Assembly (NCBI RefSeq): GCF_000020025.1
Contig: NC_010628.1
Location: 5,940,001 to 5,972,000, forward strand
Source of the DNA: Nostoc punctiforme PCC 73102
GTDB taxonomy: Bacteria > Cyanobacteriota > Cyanobacteriia > Cyanobacteriales > Nostocaceae
DNA: 32,000 nucleotides
Direction: 5' to 3'
A program made the translations under genes and the position numbers. The notes beneath the pieces are model-generated. The model did not search any database. It saw nothing but the letters and a program-made list of their open reading frames with translations, and was not told where the DNA came from. This document shows positions 9,076 through 18,145 of the stretch, piece by piece (position 1 is the first letter of the stretch; every line of letters begins with the position of its first letter).

Positions 9076-9659
9076 GGGAGTACGAAGTAGAAAAAAGCCT
9101 TTTTGATTTCTAGTGAATTTTTTCAAAAATCAGATTTGATTTTTGAACAATCTTTTAAATAAAACCCTGATAAAGCTGGCTTTTCACCTCAGTATGTTTT
9201 CAAGTATCAAATAGGATCCCTATATTTAATTTAACTCATGTACTTAGTGAAAGATTAAAATATCTACTCGTGTAGATTGGTGTGAGATACCTTGTGCAAG
9301 GTGGTTGTCTACAGGGTAACACTGCGCTTTATCCAACCTAAAATTTTTCCTCATAGAATAATCAATATCTCCTAAAATTTTGTTGTTTAAGTAATAATAT
9401 TGAGAAACCAAATATTGATTATTCAACGTGAATCTAGACAATCCTAATTGAGAAAAATATATCAAGTGTAAATACTGAAAATTTCCATTAGTTCATAAAA
9501 ACTATATTGATAATTACAAATTTAAATTTTTAGCTAACCTTGCTAAATAACGTAGACAATTGGTATTTTTTTGTGTCAATTTAGACGTTGGTAACTTCCA
9601 TAAAAAAGTTATTTTGAGAGGTTTTAAATATCCTCAATAAAAAAAGGAGTTTCAATCGA

Positions 9660-10478
9660 GTGTCTCAACTATATTCCAAGAAAATAGCGGGTTATGCAAT
9701 CTGTTGTATGTCAGCATTAGCTGTGGTGACAGTTTCACAGATGTCCCGAGCAGATGCAGCCTCTATGACTTTCTCAGTCACAGGAACTAACTCAGCATCA
9801 AATAATGCTCTGGCATCATCAGTTGTCTTTGATGACTTACTCAATCCAGGTAAGTTAACAGTGACTCTAACGAACATGAAAAATGTTTCAGTTCCTTCTG
9901 ATGTCCTCACATCAGTCTTTTGGGACTATGCTGGATCTCCCTTAAACTTATCGTTAATTTCAGCAACAGCTGCAACGGTCACTAAAAACAACCCCTCTAC
10001 CACTACAAATAATGTAAATCTTCTCAATACTCCTAATGGCAAGGAATGGGCATTTGCATCTACTACCAATTCCGCAGGACTTACTAATGGAGTAACCCAA
10101 GACTATGGTTTAGGTACTGCCGGCTTGGGTATTTTTCAAGGCATTGGTGGACAGCAGCAAGTGAATTACGGCATTATTGACGGCTACAATGCTAATGCAA
10201 ATTCACCAGTCAAAGGAGGAAGTTTTGTTGACAATTCTGCCACGTTTGTTTTATCAGGACTGCCCGCTAACTTTGATATAAGAAAAATTGGTAGTGTTCG
10301 CTTCCAATATGGCACCGCTTTAAGTGAGCCTAGCATTATAAAAGCACAAGGGAATTATTATAGTCCTCCGCCTCCTCCACCAAAAAAAGTACCTGAACCT
10401 GGGACGACAGCCGCCCTTGGTTTATTTGCAGTGGGTGCATTGAAAGTGGTAAGGAAAAAATCTTTAGTAGTAGCCTAA
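9660..10478 (+). CDS. Secreted PEP-CTERM sorting-domain protein (272 aa)
   Basis: GTG start 10 nt after AAGGAG. N-terminal signal-like segment. C-terminus VPEPGTTAALGLFAVGALKVVRKK has the PEP motif, a TM helix and a basic tail. A poly-Pro spacer (PPPPPPKK) precedes it. Confidence 0.8.
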   Translation: MSQLYSKKIAGYAICCMSALAVVTVSQMSRADAASMTFSVTGTNSASNNALASSVVFDDLLNPGKLTVTLTNMKNVSVPSDVLTSVFWDYAGSPLNLSLISATAATVTKNNPSTTTNNVNLLNTPNGKEWAFASTTNSAGLTNGVTQDYGLGTAGLGIFQGIGGQQQVNYGIIDGYNANANSPVKGGSFVDNSATFVLSGLPANFDIRKIGSVRFQYGTALSEPSIIKAQGNYYSPPPPPPKKVPEPGTTAALGLFAVGALKVVRKKSLVVA

Positions 10479-10624
10479 GTGACAGTTAAAAAACTGCCAA
10501 CACTGAAAAACACCAGATTCTTCCATAAAAGGAAATACTGTTTTTTTAGAAAGTCAAGCGTGCATCCCCTCTATTCTGTAAAAATTGATTAAGTACAAGA
10601 TGGTGTAAATAGGCTAATAATTAT

Positions 10625-10680
10625 AAATCGTTGCAAAGCTTGCATTCTTTCTAGGCTTTTCAACGATTTTTCGTTTTGCA
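10625..10680 (+). terminator. Possible terminator downstream of the PEP-CTERM gene
   Basis: AAATCGTTG (10625-10633) pairs with CAACGATTT (10661-10669), followed by TTCGTTTTG. The loop is long (27 nt), so the call is weak. Confidence 0.3.
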
Positions 10681-10851
10681 TAGTTCTGCACAAAAAGCTG
10701 GCTAAGTGTAGCGGATCTCGAAGGAACTCAGCGATACAAATAACTGAATTTAGTTAGCCACTTCTGAAAGTAAAGTCAAAACCGCATAGAAAACCTACAG
10801 CCAGTTGCAACGTTCTAAAATTAAAAAGTATTAAATCAAGTTGAGGACATT

Positions 10852-11115
10852 ATGGCTGCAAAAGTAGAAATTTACACTTGGAGGACTTGCCCGTTTTGTA
10901 TCCGTGCCAAAAGTTTACTGAAAAACAAGGGCGTTGAATTTATCGAATACAGCATCGACGGAGATGAAGCAGCCAGAAATAAAATGGCTCAAAGAGCAAA
11001 TGGACGGCGCTCGTTACCGCAAATTTTCATCAATGACGATCATATTGGTGGTTGTGATGATATCCACGCTTTAGACAGTCAAGGCAGGCTGGATGAGCTA
11101 CTAACTTCCGTGTAA
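10852..11115 (+). CDS. grxC: Glutaredoxin (Grx3-type, CPFC active site)
   Basis: VEIYTWRTCPFCIRAK active site and the conserved PQIFI..HIGGCDD motif. 87 aa. Confidence 0.85.
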   Translation: MAAKVEIYTWRTCPFCIRAKSLLKNKGVEFIEYSIDGDEAARNKMAQRANGRRSLPQIFINDDHIGGCDDIHALDSQGRLDELLTSV

Positions 11116-11330
11116 GTTTAGAAGATATTACACTAGCGACAAGCCACTGCAAATTACGCAGCAGTCGCTACAACTCTGTTTACGAAATTTTTCTTCTCGC
11201 AAAAGTATCTGTCCATAAGACTTTACCCTCCAGTTCCTACTCAGCAGTACAGATGTACATCAATTAGTAAGATCATCAAGAGATAATAATTGAACAACCA
11301 TTTAATTTCTTGGTGATTGAGGTATAAAGG

Positions 11331-12314
11331 GTGAAACTGGCTTTTATCATTGATCCCATCCATCTGCTTGACCCGTGTCATGATACCAGCATTGCCCTGA
11401 TCGAAGCAGCGCAAATCCTGGGACACGAAGTTTGGGTAACTCAAGCAAATCTGCTGAGTGTGGCGGAGGGCAAAGCTTGGGCTGTCCTACAGCGAGTCGA
11501 ACTTGTACCAGTGCAGTTGGTGGAGAGACGCTGGATAGCGGCGAATCCTTGGTATAAGTTAAGTGATTCTTCCTTAACTTCCTTAGAGACAATGGATGCC
11601 GTATTTATGCGGACAGATCCACCTGTCAATGATTCTTACCTCTATGCCACCTACATTTTGGATTATGTTGACCAAAATAAAACTCTGCTGATTAACAGTC
11701 CTAGCGGCATTCGAGGGGCAAATGAAAAAATGTATGCCCTCCAGTTTACCAAAGCGATTCCAGAAACGATTGTCAGTGCTGATAAGCAGTTTATTCGGCA
11801 ATTTGTTGAAGCCAAGGGGGCAGCTGTTCTCAAACCACTGGGAAACAAAGCCGGGGAAGGAATTTTATTTTTGCAATCAAGCGATCGCAATTTTAACTCC
11901 ATTGTCGAACTCAGTACCCTCCAAGGTCGAGTGCCAGTAATGGTACAAACCTATCTACCGGAGGCAAAAGAAGGAGATAAACGCATTATCCTGCTCAATG
12001 GCGAACCGATTGGTGCGCTCAATCGCCTCTCTAGCGGAACTGATTTTCGCAATAATATGGCAACTGGTGGTACAGTCGCTCAAACCGAAATTACCCCAAG
12101 AGAACATGAAATTTGTACCCAAGTAGCCGAACGCTTACGCCAAGATGGTTTAATTTTTGTGGGTATAGATGTTATTGGTGGCTACTTAACTGAAGTTAAC
12201 GTCACCAGTCCTACGGGAATTCGTGAAATTGATCGTCTAGATGGTACTCACCTTGGTTATCAGGTTATTCAATGGATTGAACAGTCATTAAATTCAAGGA
12301 GGCAGGAAGAGTAA
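11331..12314 (+). CDS. gshB: Glutathione synthetase (ATP-grasp)
   Basis: GTG start. MKLAFIIDPI N-terminus, FMRTDPP, GEGI, and EVNVTSPTG(I)RE motifs typical of prokaryotic GshB. Confidence 0.9.
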   Translation: MKLAFIIDPIHLLDPCHDTSIALIEAAQILGHEVWVTQANLLSVAEGKAWAVLQRVELVPVQLVERRWIAANPWYKLSDSSLTSLETMDAVFMRTDPPVNDSYLYATYILDYVDQNKTLLINSPSGIRGANEKMYALQFTKAIPETIVSADKQFIRQFVEAKGAAVLKPLGNKAGEGILFLQSSDRNFNSIVELSTLQGRVPVMVQTYLPEAKEGDKRIILLNGEPIGALNRLSSGTDFRNNMATGGTVAQTEITPREHEICTQVAERLRQDGLIFVGIDVIGGYLTEVNVTSPTGIREIDRLDGTHLGYQVIQWIEQSLNSRRQEE

Positions 12315-12344
12315 ATCAGTAGGGGTCAAATCCCCTGCTGATTT
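12313..12344 (+). terminator. Stem-loop overlapping the gshB stop codon (13-bp stem, no U-tract)
   Basis: AAATCAGTAGGGG (12313-12325) pairs with CCCCTGCTGATTT (12332-12344), with one G-U pair. There is no following T-run, so its terminator status is uncertain. Confidence 0.35.
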
Positions 12345-12852
12345 GAAGCCATGAACTAGAGTTCAGTCGAGGCCTTATCTACTGGTGAAGGCATTTCTAA
12401 AGTACAGGCGGTTTTCCTCCTGCCTCCTGCCTTCATTGATAAATGTAAATTATTTTTACTTGGTGTCCTATTTCCCAGAAAACAACATTACTTCGGGTGC
12501 TTGCGTGGGCAACTCGCCCATACAGCTTTGTTTATACAGAATATAAGTTTAATGAATCGCAATGGTAGATGTAGCAATGTCTACGACGGGCTACATTTAA
12601 ACATTCCTAGTTGGGCAGTTCTTCTGGTTTATTTGTTCCAAAAGCACAGCTAGACATGGGAGCGAGCAGAACCCTGCCTAAGTTAATTCTATAAGTAGCG
12701 TTAAGAAATTTCTTTACCAATTAGCAAAATTAGGGATGGCAACGGATTGCTTATCCCTGCTTTTGGTAAACCCTGAAACTAACAGATTTTATACAGCACT
12801 TAGCCTAACCTGAGACTGCTAATTTAATCTAAAATCTCAAATCCAAAATCTT

Positions 12853-14169
12853 TTAATTCCGTGGTGTTCGTCGGTTTCTCAAGAAGTCAGGTATATCCAA
12901 TCCAGGTTTTTCTTTTGGTTCTGGAGTTGGAGTTGGAGTTGGAGTTGAACTTGGAGTTGAGGTTGGGGGATTAACTGCGGGTTGTTGTGTTGTTGGTCGC
13001 TTCGAGGTATTAGGTGCTACTCGAACACTAGCTACGCTTTGTTGTACCGCAGCTTGTACTTCACCTGTAAACCCAGTGGCAATTACAGTAATTCTGACCT
13101 CACCTTGGAGTCTGTCATCAATTACAGCCCCAAAAATAATATTGGCGTTGGGATCAACTACTTCATAGATTGCTTCTGCGGCTGCATTCACTTCATGTAA
13201 AGTAAGATCGGTACCGCCTGTAATATTAAATACAACCCCTCTAGCACCTTCAATAGAACATTCTAGTAACGGTGAAGAAATAGCTGCGATCGCAGCTTCT
13301 CTGGCTCTAGATTTTCCAGAACTAACGCCAATTCCCATCAATGCCGATCCTGCATCTGCCATCACAGCCCGGACATCAGCAAAGTCAACATTTACCAAAC
13401 CGGGAATTGTGATGATATCAGAAATACCTTGCACCCCTTGACGCAACACGTCATCTGCATAGCGAAAAGCTTCTTGCACAGGTGTTTGTTCGGGGATCAC
13501 TTCCAGTAGTTTGTTGTTAGGAATAATAATCAGTGTATCTACCCTACTTTTTAAGCCTTCGATCCCTTGTTCGGCTTGGCTGGTACGGCGGCGACCTTCA
13601 AAGACGAATGGACGTGTGACTACCCCAACAGTGAGAGCGCCCATTTCTTTGGCTACTTCTGCTACGATTGGAGCTGCACCAGTCCCAGTACCGCCACCCA
13701 TACCAGCGGTGATAAATACTAGGTCTGCACCCTCTAAAGCTGTAGCAATTTCGTCTCGTGATTCCTCAGCTGCCTTTTGACCGATGGCAGGATTACCACC
13801 TGCTCCTAAGCCCCGCGTTAGCTTTTGTCCAATTTGTAATCTACTGGGAGCGCCTGCCAGAGTTAAAGCTTGGGCATCAGTATTTATTGACCAAAACTCT
13901 ACACCAGAGACATCAGATTCGATCATGCGGTTAACGGCATTACCACCGCCGCCACCGACACCAATCACTTTGATGTTGGCAACCCGACCAGGGACAATCT
14001 CGCCAATGCGGCTATTTTCCGTAAAAATCTTCTTATTATCGTGATTTTGTCCGAAGTTCATCCCAGAGTTATTAAAGGGATTGGTCGAGTTAACTGCCAG
14101 AGAAAACCCAGGCTGTCCCGGAGATTGGGAATTTTTATAGGTGAGTCCTTGGTTATTATCAAGTGTCAT
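12853..14169 (-). CDS. ftsZ: Cell division protein FtsZ, with Nostocales-type N-terminal extension and Thr/Pro-rich C-terminal linker
   Basis: [13 protein letters not shown] and [10 protein letters not shown] tubulin signature. C-terminal DIPDFLRNR peptide. About 60 extra residues precede the [10 protein letters not shown] core, a feature reported for heterocyst-forming cyanobacteria. Confidence 0.95.
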   Translation of the reverse strand: MTLDNNQGLTYKNSQSPGQPGFSLAVNSTNPFNNSGMNFGQNHDNKKIFTENSRIGEIVPGRVANIKVIGVGGGGGNAVNRMIESDVSGVEFWSINTDAQALTLAGAPSRLQIGQKLTRGLGAGGNPAIGQKAAEESRDEIATALEGADLVFITAGMGGGTGTGAAPIVAEVAKEMGALTVGVVTRPFVFEGRRRTSQAEQGIEGLKSRVDTLIIIPNNKLLEVIPEQTPVQEAFRYADDVLRQGVQGISDIITIPGLVNVDFADVRAVMADAGSALMGIGVSSGKSRAREAAIAAISSPLLECSIEGARGVVFNITGGTDLTLHEVNAAAEAIYEVVDPNANIIFGAVIDDRLQGEVRITVIATGFTGEVQAAVQQSVASVRVAPNTSKRPTTQQPAVNPPTSTPSSTPTPTPTPEPKEKPGLDIPDFLRNRRTPRN

Positions 14170-15075
14170 TGGATTTGTGAGAGGGTAGATAAACGACTTT
14201 TCCAGGTGCTATTCACTTAAGAGTCAACTATAGTTTGACACTGCCACAATACTATGGCACTGTTCTTTATTGTTTTCACTACTGCCAAGCCTAACAGAAT
14301 TGGCGGTATGAAAATTTGCTATGAGATCAGCTTTTAATGCAGCCGATCGCACAGCCAATTCTAGAGAAGTATACCTATATTTATCCAAAAGTGACTTGTA
14401 TAACTTCAACCAGACATTAATCTCTTCATTCTTCTCATCAGAGAACATAACTTCTAAAGACACACTACAGCGCATCTTATCTGCCTCAATAATATTGTTA
14501 ATAGGTTTCACCATTGGGGATAATTGCAACTTTATACAGAAAATTTACCTGATACTTACTTATTCTTAAGGTTGAAGTAAGCAAGAATTTACTTGTCAGA
14601 CTATACCTGATTAATTTGTTGTTTGGGGGGTCTTAATGGACACTTTGTTAGAGCAATAGTCTATCTTACGAGAACCCTCACTAGTGTGGTCAACAAATCA
14701 AGATTTCCCTAGAGGTTTCGTAACCCAATTAAGAAAGATGGTACAGAATAGTCCAAACTGATTGCCCAAAAGTAGTCTTTACGCAACTTTTGGTAGTACT
14801 TTAAGTTACAGGTTTAAACTTCAGTAAACTGTCTTTGGAAGTATCCTCAACAGACCAAAGTTAGATTGTCAGACATCTTGCACCCTACTATTAGATGTTA
14901 GGGTAACAATTTGAGAGTGTTTTACTCACAAAAGAGATTTCATGATTGATCTTCTCATTTTAATTAGAAGTTAATGCCGATTTTCGCGCGAGTTGCAGGA
15001 AAACCGAAAATAATAAATATTTTTATCAGCATAAAGCTTCTTAATTTACTAGGAGCTATCAATACATTAAACACG

Positions 15076-15930
15076 CTAGATATTTTTAGGGTTTTTGGGA
15101 GTTAATTTTTGGTCTTTTTGGTTCATTTGTACTAAAGGAAAATCGGGATTTTTCAGATCAATATACTCTATTTGACCAGAATCGAGTTTCGCTGATAAAT
15201 GGCGCATTTGGGCGAGTACCTTAATTTGTTCAGACAACAGGGGGCCTGGAACGCCAAGATGCACATTTCCTAGTTCTGTTTTCAAAATTAAATTCGCTGG
15301 ATTTTGGCAATCAATTTCCACTACTTTCACAGTACTTTGGCTGATAGCTTGATGAATATGAGCCCAGTTGAGACAGTATTGTTTGGGCGAGCCAATTACT
15401 CTGAGATTGGGTAATTTCCTAGTGGGATTCAGTGATGTGTATTTTTCTAAAGGTATCCAGGCCCCACTTGCATCTAGTAAGCCCAGTGTGACTTTTTTAT
15501 TGCCAGTACCCTGATTTGCCCCACTTGCTGTTTGAGTCATTGCGACAGGGACTCGTTCTTGGATTTCGATGTTTAATCCGGGAGGAAACAGGCGACGTCT
15601 CACGATCGCTTGAGCAATAGTTGGTTGTTTTTTCAAAGAGTTTGCGATCGCTTCTGGTTCAATCCGCCACAAAGATTGGGGATAAGATAGCACTAATAGA
15701 GATTGAGCTGTCTCATCTGACAGTAATTGATTACCTGATTTCATCACTACTTGTTTGGGAGTTTTTAACACCCATACTGGTTGAACTGCTACCCACAGCA
15801 ATCCACCCGCCAAACCGGTAATGGCAAAGGTTCGCCAAATAGCTTGAATAATTCTCATCTGCCGTCGCCGACGTAATTTTTTACGACGCTGGGCAAGATC
15901 CGTGCGGGAAACTGATATTATGCCAGCCAT
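15076..15930 (-). CDS. ftsQ: Cell division protein FtsQ/DivIB-like (N-terminal basic tail, one TM helix, POTRA-like domain)
   Basis: RRKKLRRRRQMR followed by TM segment AIWRTFAITGLAGGLLWVAV, then V.GN..LS...I and E.V.R.P patterns of POTRA/FtsQ. Same strand as and upstream of ftsZ. Confidence 0.8.
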   Translation of the reverse strand: MAGIISVSRTDLAQRRKKLRRRRQMRIIQAIWRTFAITGLAGGLLWVAVQPVWVLKTPKQVVMKSGNQLLSDETAQSLLVLSYPQSLWRIEPEAIANSLKKQPTIAQAIVRRRLFPPGLNIEIQERVPVAMTQTASGANQGTGNKKVTLGLLDASGAWIPLEKYTSLNPTRKLPNLRVIGSPKQYCLNWAHIHQAISQSTVKVVEIDCQNPANLILKTELGNVHLGVPGPLLSEQIKVLAQMRHLSAKLDSGQIEYIDLKNPDFPLVQMNQKDQKLTPKNPKNI

Positions 15931-16213
15931 TCAAACCCCTTTCTGGTTACAATCCAAATTCCTTGACGCGCTTGTATCATTATTAATTTCAGTAAACACT
16001 GTCGGCATCTGTTAACCGCTCTCCTCAAGACTTTTTTTATTTTTAGTAACACTTTACAGTAAGTACACAACGAACGTAGTCTCTAGTCATCCTTCCTATT
16101 AAAGTTTCCGGTGTCCATTCTTAACTCACTGTTGTATTTTTGACAAGGGACATAAAACATTTTTTCTTTAAAGATTACAAAATCTTAATTTAAATATTTC
16201 TGATTTTGTTTTA

Positions 16214-16242
16214 TTGACAAATAGAATGTGAAGTGATAAATA
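16214..16242 (+). promoter_or_regulatory. Sigma-70-like promoter candidate upstream of the ATPase/STAND gene pair
   Basis: TTGACA (16214-16219), 17-nt spacer, TAAATA (16237-16242). Lies ~380 nt upstream of ATG 16622 in a 690-bp AT-rich intergenic region. Sequence match only. Confidence 0.25.
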
Positions 16243-16621
16243 AGTCTTCCTTTATCTATGTATAGATTGCTATAATTCATACTAGTCATGTCTCATCAAC
16301 TATACAAACAGGGAATAATATAATCGAGTAGCCTTTTTTACTGATTAACTCCGTCATCAAGGTTTGTGTCAGGTTAAAGAAAAGCTATGAGATTGTCAAA
16401 ACCTCAATAGTAGGTGTAAAAAGGACAGATATGTTTAAGGTTATTAGGGTCAATTAAATCTCTATCATACTACTGACAGTAATCCTGTAATAAGTGCTGT
16501 CTTTTGCAAGACACTACCAACTTGCAAATCTATTGCGTGCCTATATCAAAGTTAGAGATTGTTTGTATAAAAAATACGATTAACTGCATCTACCCACGCG
16601 TCTACATACACCTATACATAC

Positions 16622-17953
16622 ATGAAAACGACATTCAATTTGTCACGTTTTTATAAAGCATGTAACCCAAGCTACACGCTTAATATAAGCAACGTGCTAG
16701 ATCGCCAGTATTACATAGATTTTGCTGATGTCCGTGGTTGTAAGATTGTCGAAGAATTGCAACGGACTATAGTTCGGATTTCTCCTGATGAGCCAACCTG
16801 TCAGTTATTTACGGGTCACATTGGCTGCGGTAAATCAACGGAATTGCAGCGCCTGAAAACAGAACTAGAATTGGCAGGATTTCATGTGGTTTATTTTGAG
16901 TCCAGTCAAGACTTAGACATGGCGGATATTGATATCAGCGATATTTTGCTGAGTGTAGCCCGTCAAGTCAGTGCCAGTTTAGAAGGCATTAACATCAAAC
17001 TCAAAGGTGGTTACTTTACCAATTTGTTTAAAGAAGTAGGCGATTTTTTACAAAGCCCCATAGAGCTTTCTGGACAAGCAGAATTATCCTTAGGTATTGC
17101 CAAAATTACCGCCAAAACCAAAGATAGTACCCAGATGCGGAATCAACTGAGGCAATATTTGGAACCACGTACCAATAGTATTTTGCAAGCGATTAACGAA
17201 GAAATTTTAGAAAGGGCTGTTGAACAATTAAAGCTGCGGGGTCAAAAAGGACTGGTAGTGATCGTAGATAATTTGGATCGAGTCGATATGCGTCCCTTAG
17301 CATCAGGGCGATCGCAACCAGAATATCTCTTTATCGACCGAGGCGAACAGCTACGCCGACTCAAATGCCACCTAGTTTACACCATTCCTCTAACGTTAAT
17401 TTTCTCTAATGAGTATGAGACATTAAAAAATCGCTTGGGGGGAGGGATTGCACCAAAAGTACTACCAATGGTATTGGTGCGGCAAAGAGATGGCAGTGAT
17501 TACGAACCAGGGATGTCACTAGTACGCCAGTTAGTTTTAGCAAGAGCTTTTCCAGAAGTTTCTTTGAATGAAAGGCTTTTATTAATTACAGAATTATTCG
17601 ATCATTCCCAAACCTTGGATCGGATATGTCGAGTTAGCGGTGGCCACATTCGCAACTTATTGGGTTTACTTTATAGCTGCCTGCAACGACAAGATCCACC
17701 TTTTTCTAGAGAATGCTTAGAAGCTGTGATTAAAGACTACCGCGACGATCTGCTATTAGCTATTGATGAATCCCAGTGGGAATTATTGTTTGAAGTAGTG
17801 CAACAACAGAGAGTTAAAGGTGAGTCTGACTATCAAAGCTTACTACGAAGCATGTATTTGTTTGAATATCGTGACCCTCTGGGGCGCTGGTTTGGTATCA
17901 GTCCAGCCCTAGCAGAAACAGAAAAAGTTTTAGCTTGGCAACAAAAAAAGTAA
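16622..17953 (+). CDS. Stand-alone P-loop ATPase (AAA/STAND-like core plus helical C-terminal region), function unknown (443 aa)
   Basis: Walker A GHIGCGKST (aa 65-73, nt 16814-16840). Walker B-like LVVIVDNLD (D216, nt 17267). Arg-rich helical C-terminal half. No repeat or enzymatic domain recognisable. Confidence 0.8.
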   Translation: MKTTFNLSRFYKACNPSYTLNISNVLDRQYYIDFADVRGCKIVEELQRTIVRISPDEPTCQLFTGHIGCGKSTELQRLKTELELAGFHVVYFESSQDLDMADIDISDILLSVARQVSASLEGINIKLKGGYFTNLFKEVGDFLQSPIELSGQAELSLGIAKITAKTKDSTQMRNQLRQYLEPRTNSILQAINEEILERAVEQLKLRGQKGLVVIVDNLDRVDMRPLASGRSQPEYLFIDRGEQLRRLKCHLVYTIPLTLIFSNEYETLKNRLGGGIAPKVLPMVLVRQRDGSDYEPGMSLVRQLVLARAFPEVSLNERLLLITELFDHSQTLDRICRVSGGHIRNLLGLLYSCLQRQDPPFSRECLEAVIKDYRDDLLLAIDESQWELLFEVVQQQRVKGESDYQSLLRSMYLFEYRDPLGRWFGISPALAETEKVLAWQQKK

Positions 17954-17954
17954 T

Positions 17955-18135
17955 AGTGCTGGGTAAGTTAATAGTCATTAGTCCTTTGTCCTTTGCCATT
18001 GGACTAATTACTCATGTCTATGCCCAATACTTCTCTACGGAAGGCTGCGCCCTAAGCGTAGCTATGCCGCAGGCTTTACGGCTTCTCTACAAGACGCTAC
18101 GCGAATGCTCAGTACAAATGTCCCATGTCAAATGC
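17955..18135. repeat. Dispersed intergenic repeat (copy B) filling the spacer between the two NTPase genes
   Basis: Shares CCAATACTTCTCT (18024-18036) and AGACGCTACGCG (18092-18103) with copy A. GTCCTTTGTCCTTTG at ~17980 is the inverse of the GACAAAGGACAAA tail of copy A. Confidence 0.55.
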
Positions 18136-18145
18136 TCAATAAAAA

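Noticed and set aside
9244-9465. 73-aa minus-strand ORF upstream of the PEP-CTERM gene
   Set aside because: It lies in very AT-rich DNA with an Asn/Tyr/Leu-biased translation and no flanking expression signals. Unsupported.
11241-11940. Cluster of short ORFs on both strands over the 5' half of gshB
   Set aside because: All overlap the gshB CDS, whose ATP-grasp motifs are clear. None has a distinctive motif.
12982-14044. Three plus-strand ORFs (72, 89, 86 aa) antisense to ftsZ
   Set aside because: They lie entirely within the strongly supported ftsZ CDS. Their Pro/Ser/Ala-rich translations are typical of the antisense frame of a Gly/Ala-rich gene.
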